From NCBI GenBank assembly GCA_965209095.1, contig OZ242381.1, positions 6,141 to 70,140 of the forward strand: DNA of 64,000 nt, read 5' to 3'. This DNA is from Candidatus Poribacteria bacterium (GTDB taxonomy: Bacteria; Poribacteria; WGA-4E; WGA-3G). The position numbers and the translations under genes were made by a program. This document shows positions 56,361-64,000 of this stretch, in pieces (within the stretch, counting starts at the first letter, position 1; the number at the start of each line of letters is the position of its first letter). The notes beneath the pieces were generated by a model that was not told the origin of the DNA, ran no database searches, and saw nothing but the letters and a program-made list of their open reading frames with translations.

Positions 56361-56390
56361 ATAGAATCAATTTAGTAGGAACAACAAAAA

Positions 56391-56978
56391 ATGGATATCT
56401 TGCATTGCATTCAAGGTTCACTATTGGATGCGCAAGACACATTAAATCAGTTCATCAATAAACCTGACAACATCAAAGTCATCGCAGAAACTGCTAAGTT
56501 GATATGTGATGTATTTGAAAAACAAGGTAAAGTCTTCACTTGTGGTAATGGTGGCAGTTTATGCGATGCAATCCACTTTGCAGAAGAATGCACAGGCAAA
56601 TTTCGTGATGATAGAGACCCACTTCCTGCAATTGCCCTCAGTGATGCAGGACATATCACATGCACTGCAAACGATTACGGATTTGCGGAGATATTCGCAA
56701 GACCGCTGCTTGCTCTCGGAAATCCTGGTGACCTACTGATTGCTATTTCTACCAGTGGAAATTCTGAAAACATCATTCGGGCAGCAAAGGCAGCACAATC
56801 AAAAGAGATGCACGTATTCGGTTTAGTTGGGAAGGATGGCGGTCAACTCATACACCACTGCGCCAGTTATCTCATGGCACCCGGTAAAACAGCTGATCGC
56901 ATTCAAGAGATACATATAAAGGTATTGCATATACTGATTGAACAAGTTGAGAGAATGATGTTCCCAGAAAATTATTGA
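56391..56978 (+). CDS. gmhA: D-sedoheptulose-7-phosphate isomerase (SIS domain)
   Basis: 195 aa. KVFTCGNGGS and STSGNS SIS motifs. The length is typical of GmhA. Confidence 0.75.
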   Translation: MDILHCIQGSLLDAQDTLNQFINKPDNIKVIAETAKLICDVFEKQGKVFTCGNGGSLCDAIHFAEECTGKFRDDRDPLPAIALSDAGHITCTANDYGFAEIFARPLLALGNPGDLLIAISTSGNSENIIRAAKAAQSKEMHVFGLVGKDGGQLIHHCASYLMAPGKTADRIQEIHIKVLHILIEQVERMMFPENY

Positions 56979-57067
56979 CAGAATTATTTTATTCTGATAT
57001 TATACATCAATATGGAGGAATCTGAAAATCACATAATCCCACCCATCACAAACCTGGAGGAGACTCT

Positions 57068-57343
57068 TTGGCAACTTCTGAAAATAAGAAATCCTATTGG
57101 CGGAAAAATCTGCAATACCTTTCTATCCTTCTTGGCATTTGGTTTATTACTTCATACCTTTTTTCAATTGTTTTTGTTGAACAACTTGACAAACCAGAGT
57201 TCTGGCTATGGGGAATATCCCCTGAAGGAATCGGGACTCTTGGAATGGTCCTAAATTTCATTGTCGCAACCGTGGTCTCTGCTTTCACCACACCACCACC
57301 CGAAGGGGTGCAAGCATTGGTAGAAGATATTCGGGTGCCATAA
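57068..57343 (+). pseudogene. deletion-scar fusion ORF: N-terminus of a DUF4212 symporter small subunit joined in-frame to the last ~45 aa of an ActP-like Na+/solute symporter
   Basis: KKSYWRKNLQYLSILLGIWFITSY is the DUF4212 start. ...GISPEGIGTLGMVLNFIVATVVSAFTTPPPEGVQALVEDIRVP is the conserved C-terminal tail of the cation/acetate symporter family. About 550 codons of symporter are missing. Confidence 0.5.
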
Positions 57344-57358
57344 TTAGGAGGTGTTCAA

Positions 57359-59050
57359 ATGAAATCCAAAATCACTTCTAAAGTTGACATTATATCAACA
57401 CACTCTTGGAAAAACGCAGTTACAGTTATTCTATGCACTCTATTATTTTCGTTTCCTATCTCTTCTCAAGCCGCAAAAGTAACAGATTTTATACCTAAAG
57501 AAAGTGTTGCATATTTACAAATAAATGATTTAGATGAAGTGTATAACGAGATTAAAATGTCAGAAGCTTGGCAAGAAGAACTTGAACCCCTAATTGGTGA
57601 AGAGGAAAAGAAAGAGATAAAAAACGGTTTGATGTTGGTACAAAACATCATCGGTACTGATGTGTACACTGTCATTGAAACAGTTGGATACCAAATTGGT
57701 TTTGCAATGTGGTTGAATGAAACAGGAAATCCACAAAGTGGCATCGTTGTGCATTCAGGGGGAAATCTGGCTGAACTCAAACGTCTTACTAAAATTGCTA
57801 CGGGGCTCTTGGGTATGTCAGAGGGCACATTGACCCTTGATGCGGGAGAACATCGGAAAGTAAAATACGACACACTCCAAATGCCTGATTTTCTTTTGGT
57901 TTACGGTTTTGTCGGTGATTTTCTCGTAGTAGGTATTCAAGAGAATAGTTTTGAAATGTTGATTGATACCTATAGAAAGAAATCAGATTCCATAAAACGC
58001 AACGAATCTTATGTTGAGACTGCTAAATCAATGGAAATTGGTCAAGTGAACATGTATGTTGATATCAGGTCGTTCTTACCTTATTTGGTAGAACAAGAAG
58101 ATCTGGATGAAGAATCTCAAGAACAAGTTGAAGATATAACAATTGTTAATGCAGTCCTGAATTTGTTGGAAGAAGGTCCTATACTACAGTTACAGGTGAA
58201 ATTTGATTTAGAAAAGGCTGAGAGTACACTCAGTCGTTTCTTGAAAGAAGGAGAAGAACTTTTATCATTGAAAAGTTTATCTGGTGACGAAGATCTATTC
58301 ATTACAGTTGCCCCGGGAATAACGGAAACTGTCTGGGAACTTATCTACGATGAATTCGACAATAGTGAAACGGACGATGCTTTTGCGCTCATCACATTTC
58401 TGGAAGGACTCCTGAATCTCAACTTTGATGAAGATGTTGTCGAAGGACTGACTGGAGAATTCGCATTATCTATTGACAACCTAACTCTCTTTGAACCCAG
58501 TTCCATTGAGAATCTCAATCTTGAATTATTTGAAAGTTTCCATATAGATGCAGGTAATGTTCATACAAATGGAGGGATAATCTTTAATTCCGCAAATTCA
58601 GGTAAATGGGAACAGATTAAGAATAGTCTTTCAAACATACAGAACACTTCAGTGTCAAAAACAGATTATAAAGATACTGATATCTCAATATTTGGTACAA
58701 ACATTTACTATGCTGAAAAGGGAGGACTTTCTCTATTAAGTTTTTCAGATGAGCAGATGTTTTCAATGATTGATGGTATAGAACAAAAGAAGAAACTGTC
58801 GTATATGAAAACTGTGCCTAAAAAGCCGCTTGCATTCGCAAAACTAAATCTACTGAAGATTTTGGAATTGGTAAGCGAAGGCAATATCACAATAAACGAA
58901 GATGGAATGACCAAAGAGTTTTCTCCACTACTTGCATGGATCGATGTTCAAGAAAACTCAGCTATGTTTGAGGTTACGGTATCAGAGAAAGAGTCCCCGC
59001 TTGAGGTACTACTGAAATTTGTACCTTATGTCGTGCCATACCTTAATTAA
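57359..59050 (+). CDS. hypothetical secreted/membrane-anchored protein (DUF3352-like size and N-terminal anchor)
   Basis: 563 aa. N-terminal hydrophobic anchor. No catalytic motifs recognised. Confidence 0.4.
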   Translation: MKSKITSKVDIISTHSWKNAVTVILCTLLFSFPISSQAAKVTDFIPKESVAYLQINDLDEVYNEIKMSEAWQEELEPLIGEEEKKEIKNGLMLVQNIIGTDVYTVIETVGYQIGFAMWLNETGNPQSGIVVHSGGNLAELKRLTKIATGLLGMSEGTLTLDAGEHRKVKYDTLQMPDFLLVYGFVGDFLVVGIQENSFEMLIDTYRKKSDSIKRNESYVETAKSMEIGQVNMYVDIRSFLPYLVEQEDLDEESQEQVEDITIVNAVLNLLEEGPILQLQVKFDLEKAESTLSRFLKEGEELLSLKSLSGDEDLFITVAPGITETVWELIYDEFDNSETDDAFALITFLEGLLNLNFDEDVVEGLTGEFALSIDNLTLFEPSSIENLNLELFESFHIDAGNVHTNGGIIFNSANSGKWEQIKNSLSNIQNTSVSKTDYKDTDISIFGTNIYYAEKGGLSLLSFSDEQMFSMIDGIEQKKKLSYMKTVPKKPLAFAKLNLLKILELVSEGNITINEDGMTKEFSPLLAWIDVQENSAMFEVTVSEKESPLEVLLKFVPYVVPYLN

Positions 59051-59060
59051 TCTCATTTGA

Positions 59061-59210
59061 GAGATGTGTAGAGTTTTTGCAAACATCTCATTTGGCATTG
59101 TAGTGCGGGGTCTCCGTGCCCCGCAATTGTTGGGAGATTAAAGGTAGCGGGGCACGGAGACCCGCACTACAATGGATGGTCCGAAGTTAGTGCTAAAAAC
59201 TTTACACACC
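59061..59210. repeat. repeat family A copy (degenerate left TIR gagatgtgtagagtttttgcaaac, hairpin 59098-59175, right TIR gtgctaaaaactttacacacc)
   Basis: Direct match to A1 and A2. Confidence 0.8.
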
Positions 59211-59359
59211 GTTATCTGAGTATATGAACTGTTATTTATTGCATAATGATTGGTCTATCGTTATTTTGAATGGTTTTTTACAATAGAAAGGAGTATGCGT
59301 TTTCTCGTTGAATACTTGTCAGGAAGAAATTAGCGTTACTAACAACTCACCCTGATTTA

Positions 59360-60220
59360 ATGTATTCCTTGAGAACTCACAAGAGATTTGTAATGATTGA
59401 AGTATGTTTTTTTGCTGATGAAGTTTCAAGAGAAGATTTTGAGGAAGCCATCAAACTCGGCGTTGAAGCAGGAGCCACAACTGTTGAAGTACGGGGTGGT
59501 GTATGGGGAAAACACGTAACTGAAATTGACGATGATGATGTCAAACGTGCACAGGATGTTCTGAGCAAATACAGTGTGCGTGTTGCAAGCATCGGTTCAC
59601 CTTTTGGAAAATGCCCCATAGACAATCAACAGGAATATGAAAGACACCTCAGACATTTTGACAGAATGGTTGAACTGGCACATGCTTTTGATACACCAAT
59701 CATTCGTGGATTTGCATTTTGGAATCCAAATCGCCGCCTGAAAGAATCATCTCGTCCAAATATAAACGATTATCTTGAGCAGATTGCTGAAAAACTTTCT
59801 CCTGTTGTGCCAATTGCCGAGAAAGAAAACGTAATACTGGCATTTGAAAACGAAGATGCTACGCTTGCTGGTTCCTGTGAAGAGACACGGGCAGTTATTG
59901 ATGCTCTCGGCAACAGCCCCGCACTCGCTTCATGTTGGGATGTCAATAACGGTATTCACTGCGGTGAACATCCATTACCCAGTGGATATTCACATATCAA
60001 GGGTCTTGTGCGGCATGTTCATGTAAAACCGAATCGTGAGAAGAATCTGGACCCTATTAGAGATACGGAATTACACTATAATGAACTGTTAGGAACCCTT
60101 ATTAATGATGGTTTTGAAGGGGCAGCAAGTATTGAACATTGGGGAAACCCACAGCAGATGTTAGAAGGAATCCGTCAACTACGAGCAGTTGTTGATACAA
60201 TGGAACCATTATTAGAATAA
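59360..60220 (+). CDS. sugar phosphate isomerase/epimerase (xylose isomerase-like TIM barrel)
   Basis: 286 aa. AFENE and HVHVKP motifs. Confidence 0.65.
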   Translation: MYSLRTHKRFVMIEVCFFADEVSREDFEEAIKLGVEAGATTVEVRGGVWGKHVTEIDDDDVKRAQDVLSKYSVRVASIGSPFGKCPIDNQQEYERHLRHFDRMVELAHAFDTPIIRGFAFWNPNRRLKESSRPNINDYLEQIAEKLSPVVPIAEKENVILAFENEDATLAGSCEETRAVIDALGNSPALASCWDVNNGIHCGEHPLPSGYSHIKGLVRHVHVKPNREKNLDPIRDTELHYNELLGTLINDGFEGAASIEHWGNPQQMLEGIRQLRAVVDTMEPLLE

Positions 60221-60237
60221 TAAGGAGGACTTTTGTT

Positions 60238-61227
60238 ATGCACTTGAAACCTGATTCACCGAATTTGAATTGGCAAGGTGTTGTATCTGTAGAGAAAACA
60301 GGTGATGCACTGATGCCGTGGCGAACACCTTACGAAGAACATGTTCTGTTTCCAGAACCGTTGTTGGAACGTTCTGCAATGCCTGCAGGTGTACGGATTA
60401 GCTTTCGTAGCAACACAACTTATATATCGGGTAATATTGTTGAACAACGCGATTCTGGTATGTTAGATCTATGTTGTAATGGAGAATTCATTGCATCTTA
60501 CGATCTGCGGGGAAAGAACAGTTTCGTCTTTGAGAATCTTTCAGATAAAAATAAACTCATTGAATTATGGTTGCCACAATTTGGTAGGTTTCAACTTCGA
60601 CATTTGGAAATAGAAGAGGGGGCATCAATAGACCCATACATAGACAAACGTCCAAAATGGATAACTTATGGTAGTTCAATTACGCAGTGTCGCTCAGCTG
60701 CTTCTCCAGTACAGACCTGGCCAGGTATTGTCGCTCGTAGTAAAAGATTCAACTTAACCTGTTTGGGATATGGCGGGCAATGTCATCTCGATTCAATGGT
60801 AGCAAGGATGATACGCGATCTTCCAGCAAACTACATCTCAATGTGTCTCGGAATTAACATACAAGGGGCATCCAGTTTAGGACCGCGCGCGTTTCGTCCT
60901 GCAATTACTGGGGCAGTGCAAATCATTCGTGAAAAACACACCGATATTCCTATCGTCCTGATGTCACCTATCTATTGTCCAAACAGAGAGGAAAACCCAA
61001 ACGCTGTCGGATTCAATCTGCAGAAAATGCGGGAAGAGGTAGAAGCTGCAGCAAATGCACTTCAATCCTACGGTGATGAAAACGTTCACTATGTCAGCGG
61101 GTTAGACGTGTTTGGAGCTGATTTTGTAGACCTGCTTCCAGATAACTTACATCCAGATGCTGAAGGATATAGAGTGATGGGTAATAATTTTGTGAGTGTA
61201 GTTGCAGACAAGTATTTTGAGGAATAA
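60238..61227 (+). CDS. SGNH/GDSL hydrolase family protein
   Basis: 329 aa. ITYGSSIT (GDS-like block I), and a D-x-x-H pair near the C-terminus (DNLHPD). Confidence 0.65.
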   Translation: MHLKPDSPNLNWQGVVSVEKTGDALMPWRTPYEEHVLFPEPLLERSAMPAGVRISFRSNTTYISGNIVEQRDSGMLDLCCNGEFIASYDLRGKNSFVFENLSDKNKLIELWLPQFGRFQLRHLEIEEGASIDPYIDKRPKWITYGSSITQCRSAASPVQTWPGIVARSKRFNLTCLGYGGQCHLDSMVARMIRDLPANYISMCLGINIQGASSLGPRAFRPAITGAVQIIREKHTDIPIVLMSPIYCPNREENPNAVGFNLQKMREEVEAAANALQSYGDENVHYVSGLDVFGADFVDLLPDNLHPDAEGYRVMGNNFVSVVADKYFEE

Positions 61228-61274
61228 TAACTCTATTCAGTGTTCTAATTCAATTAATAAGTAGGGAGAAAATA

Positions 61275-62354
61275 GTGAAAACGTATCGCGCAGCAGTAAT
61301 TGGTTGCAGCCGAATGGGAGCATTCATTGATAACGAAGTTCCTGATTATAAAGCAATAGAACTCCCATATTCTCACGCTGCAGGGTTCTTTGCCGAAGAA
61401 CGAACTGATCTTGTAGCTTGCTCCGATTTGCGAACTGAAGTAATGGAACAATTCGGAAATCGGTATAATGTCCCTAAAGAGAAACAGTATACTGATTATC
61501 GCGAGATGATACAGAAGGAACAATTGGATATTGTCAGCGTTGCAACGCAGCCTGAACATCGTGCTGAGATAGTAATATATGCTGCAGAAAATGGGATTAA
61601 AGCAATTTATGCAGAAAAAGCGATGGCAGCATCATTGGAAGAAGCAGCTGTGATGGTCGCTGCTGTTGAGAATAACAATGTTGCATTTAACCTTGGAACA
61701 AACCGTCGTTGGCATTCCGGTTTCGACAAAATGAAAGAGATTATTGATAGCGGAGAAATTGGAAAACTGCGAACACTTATCGTCTATAATAACGGCAGTC
61801 TCTTTAATGCTGCAAGTCATCACTTAGACTTGATTTTACGCCTAAATAATGACAAAACCGCTATTTGGGTGACTGGTTACCTACCACAAGATGATTCAAT
61901 ATTTGATGGCGAATTCTTAAAAACTGATCCTATTGGCTGTGGAACAATCCAATTTGAAAATGGGGTGACAGCACATGCTTTATTATCGCCACGCAATAGT
62001 GATTGGGAAGCAATCTGTGATGGAGGAACCATCACATGTTGGAACAACGGTTGGCAGTGGCATCTCCGAAAACAACAGGAAATAACTGGATGGAGGTCCT
62101 GTCAAGTACCAGAAACATTCCCTCCGTTTGAACGAACAAGCAGCACAGCAAACCTAATCAAGGACCTTGTTAACGCATTAGACACTGGCGAAACAACACG
62201 CGGTGGAGTCAGATGTGCCTATGCAAGCACAGAACTGATATTCGGTATAATTGAATCACATCTAAACAACGGAGAACGAATTGAACTCCCATTGAAAAAC
62301 TCAAAAATACGCTTACAAAGAAATCCGACTGGAAGAAAACCACGATACGAGTAA
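61275..62354 (+). CDS. Gfo/Idh/MocA family oxidoreductase
   Basis: 359 aa. AAVIGCSRMGAF Rossmann motif and AEKAMAAS (EKP-like). N-terminus related to the tandem array family. Confidence 0.75.
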   Translation: MKTYRAAVIGCSRMGAFIDNEVPDYKAIELPYSHAAGFFAEERTDLVACSDLRTEVMEQFGNRYNVPKEKQYTDYREMIQKEQLDIVSVATQPEHRAEIVIYAAENGIKAIYAEKAMAASLEEAAVMVAAVENNNVAFNLGTNRRWHSGFDKMKEIIDSGEIGKLRTLIVYNNGSLFNAASHHLDLILRLNNDKTAIWVTGYLPQDDSIFDGEFLKTDPIGCGTIQFENGVTAHALLSPRNSDWEAICDGGTITCWNNGWQWHLRKQQEITGWRSCQVPETFPPFERTSSTANLIKDLVNALDTGETTRGGVRCAYASTELIFGIIESHLNNGERIELPLKNSKIRLQRNPTGRKPRYE

Positions 62355-62600
62355 TTGCTGTATATGTCTAAGTATACTCAAAGCATAAGAGACTATTCAG
62401 AATTGAATAAATTAAACACTATATAACCTAAGTTGCCACCTATGTAGCACAAACTTCATAGTTTGTGCATATTAGTCCGCAAACTGAAAGTGAACGCTAC
62501 AATATTCACCAATAACGAACTGTTATCTATTAAAAATGGTGTCTATGTGTCAAAAATCTTATAGGTTGCAACTTGGGTTATATACTAAACCTCTGGAGGA

Positions 62601-63320
62601 ATGAAAATGAAAATTGTACATCTCTGTTTACTCGTGACATTAATAGTAAATACTCCTACAGTTTTCGCTAAACATGAAGAAGGAAAAGGACCAGAGAAAT
62701 ATGGACGTTACGAATTCAAAGAACAAGATATTGATGCAGCAACGAAGGCATGTGATGCGGGCGGTCAATCAGGACCAGAATTTGTCCCAACCGTTCGGGA
62801 TAAAGAACCGAATTTAGCATTGTTGAAAGATTCTAAAGCTGAAGCATCATCTTTGTTAGGCGGGTGGTGCCCGAAACGGCACTGCACTGAATATCTTAAC
62901 GATGGCTTCTATAACAACTGCAGAAGTTGGATTATTGGTGCCATTCCGGGGTGGGCACAGATTGATATTGGTGAAGTTGCAAATGTAAATCGCATAATTT
63001 TTGGTAGTGACCATGCACAAGACTTTCTTGACAGAACAACAGCAGACTTTGATATCCTCGTCGCTACAACAGTTGCAGACGCAAACTCTGAAGCAAATAC
63101 ATGGGAAAAGGTCTATACACATAAAGGTGAACCAGTTAGTAAAACTACTGAGATTGAATTTGACGATGTAGAAGCTCGATGGTTACGTATCCACATTCGT
63201 GGTATTGATGGTGCGCGTATTGATGAAATAGAAATTTATGGCGGCAGTGATCCTACTGCTGTTGAACCAACTGATAAACTAACAATAATCTGGGCACAGA
63301 TTAAAACTAATAAATACTAA
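62601..63320 (+). CDS. secreted protein with F5/8 type C (discoidin) domain
   Basis: 239 aa. Signal peptide. WIIGAIPGWAQIDIGEV...ARWLRIHIRGIDGARIDEIEIYG is a discoidin signature. Confidence 0.6.
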   Translation: MKMKIVHLCLLVTLIVNTPTVFAKHEEGKGPEKYGRYEFKEQDIDAATKACDAGGQSGPEFVPTVRDKEPNLALLKDSKAEASSLLGGWCPKRHCTEYLNDGFYNNCRSWIIGAIPGWAQIDIGEVANVNRIIFGSDHAQDFLDRTTADFDILVATTVADANSEANTWEKVYTHKGEPVSKTTEIEFDDVEARWLRIHIRGIDGARIDEIEIYGGSDPTAVEPTDKLTIIWAQIKTNKY

Positions 63321-63338
63321 AATAATAGGAGATCTATT

Positions 63339-64000
63339 ATGCGTTATGCAATTTGTTTGATGCTGATACTATGTGTGAACATCGTTTCAGCTGAAATTCT
63401 CTTTCAAGACGACTTTGAGAGTGGTAAAGTTGAGAATAATAATTGGACACCACTTGGTACTTGGGTAATTGAAGATAATGCTGACGATCACGAAGTACTC
63501 GGTAAAAAAGTACTTGCTGTACAATCAAGTGAAATTGGTCTCAGCGTTGAAGAATTTCCCGAAGAATTTGATTATTATGCAGATTTTAAGACTGTCACTG
63601 CTGGTTTGACCGGTTTTGTCTTCCACGCACAAGACACAAATAATGTATATATGCATCAAGTTTCAACTGCTGGATCTGCTCATACACCACAACACATACG
63701 ATGGCACAGAAAAGTAGGTGGAGGATATGCTGTAGAAGCATTGCCCTTTGCAGACAAGGAAAATCGTGAACAAAATGTATGGTATCGTGTTAAATTTGAA
63801 GTACGTAAGAACTATATGTTCAAAGCATATTTGGGAGATGTCGGTGCTCAAGACGATGAACTTACACTGGTAAGTGAATGGACCGATGGACAAAAGTCAT
63901 TTCAAAATGGTAAAATTGGCATCCGAATGAGCGGAGGCGAACGGGCTCAATATGACAACATTGTCGTTGCCACACCAGAATTTGACATATTCCCAGTTGA
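63339..64000 (+). CDS. secreted DUF1080 (LamG-like, 3-keto-disaccharide hydrolase-like) domain protein, partial (runs off the window end)
   Basis: AGGAG RBS 9 nt upstream of the ATG at 63339. Signal peptide. DFESGKVENNNWTPLGTWVIEDN...DFKTVTAGLTGFVFHAQD...GKIGIRMSGG pattern. Open to position 64000. Confidence 0.55.
   Translation, partial: MRYAICLMLILCVNIVSAEILFQDDFESGKVENNNWTPLGTWVIEDNADDHEVLGKKVLAVQSSEIGLSVEEFPEEFDYYADFKTVTAGLTGFVFHAQDTNNVYMHQVSTAGSAHTPQHIRWHRKVGGGYAVEALPFADKENREQNVWYRVKFEVRKNYMFKAYLGDVGAQDDELTLVSEWTDGQKSFQNGKIGIRMSGGERAQYDNIVVATPEFDIFPV

Noticed and set aside
56447-56739. ORFs overlapping gmhA (56447-56665 minus strand, 56506-56739 plus strand)
   Set aside because: They are alternative frames of the SIS-domain gene, which has clear motifs.

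Overview
This 64-kb window looks like chromosomal DNA from an uncultivated Gram-negative bacterium, roughly 40-45% GC, densely coded on both strands. The gene content points toward a Planctomycete/Poribacteria-like (PVC-type, possibly host-associated) genome; this is inference. The supporting content is many Gfo/Idh/MocA oxidoreductases, xylose-isomerase-like TIM-barrel 'sugar phosphate isomerase/epimerase' proteins, an LLM flavin oxidoreductase, a PSCyt-like cytochrome c domain, DUF1080 and discoidin domains, a leucine-rich-repeat giant protein, and cohesin/dockerin modules with T9SS-like C-terminal domains. Housekeeping genes that can be named include sppA, a Rieske/cytochrome b pair, uppS, rsgA, gmhA, dtd, an ECF sigma/anti-sigma pair, an S1 protease and a TPP-dependent decarboxylase. 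The window is heavily decorated with non-coding repeats. There are at least four small repeat families. Family A is a MITE-like element with 22-bp terminal inverted repeats around a GC-rich hairpin. Family B is a ~128-bp MITE with 13-bp TIRs and clear 5-bp target-site duplications. Family C is a long hairpin next to the two giant secreted-protein genes. Family D is a 140-bp tandem dimer nested inside another repeat. Decaying mobile DNA is also present: a solo TnpB element, two ISAs1-like transposase fragments, and a frameshifted Rpn-type PD-(D/E)XK nuclease next to a beta-class DNA methyltransferase. Other points of interest are a second, motif-permuted DNA methyltransferase, a four-copy tandem array of one Gfo/Idh/MocA gene with one copy frameshifted, and a deletion-scar ORF fusing the start of a DUF4212 small subunit to the last ~45 residues of an ActP-like symporter. 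There is also a co-directional cassette (unknown kinase-like/nucleoside-deoxyribosyltransferase-like protein, RimK ATP-grasp ligase, GT4 glycosyltransferase, mannitol-dehydrogenase-family enzyme) that may encode an undescribed small-molecule pathway. No CRISPR array, rRNA or tRNA was recognised. All functional calls come from reading the translated ORFs for family-specific motifs; no database search was run.
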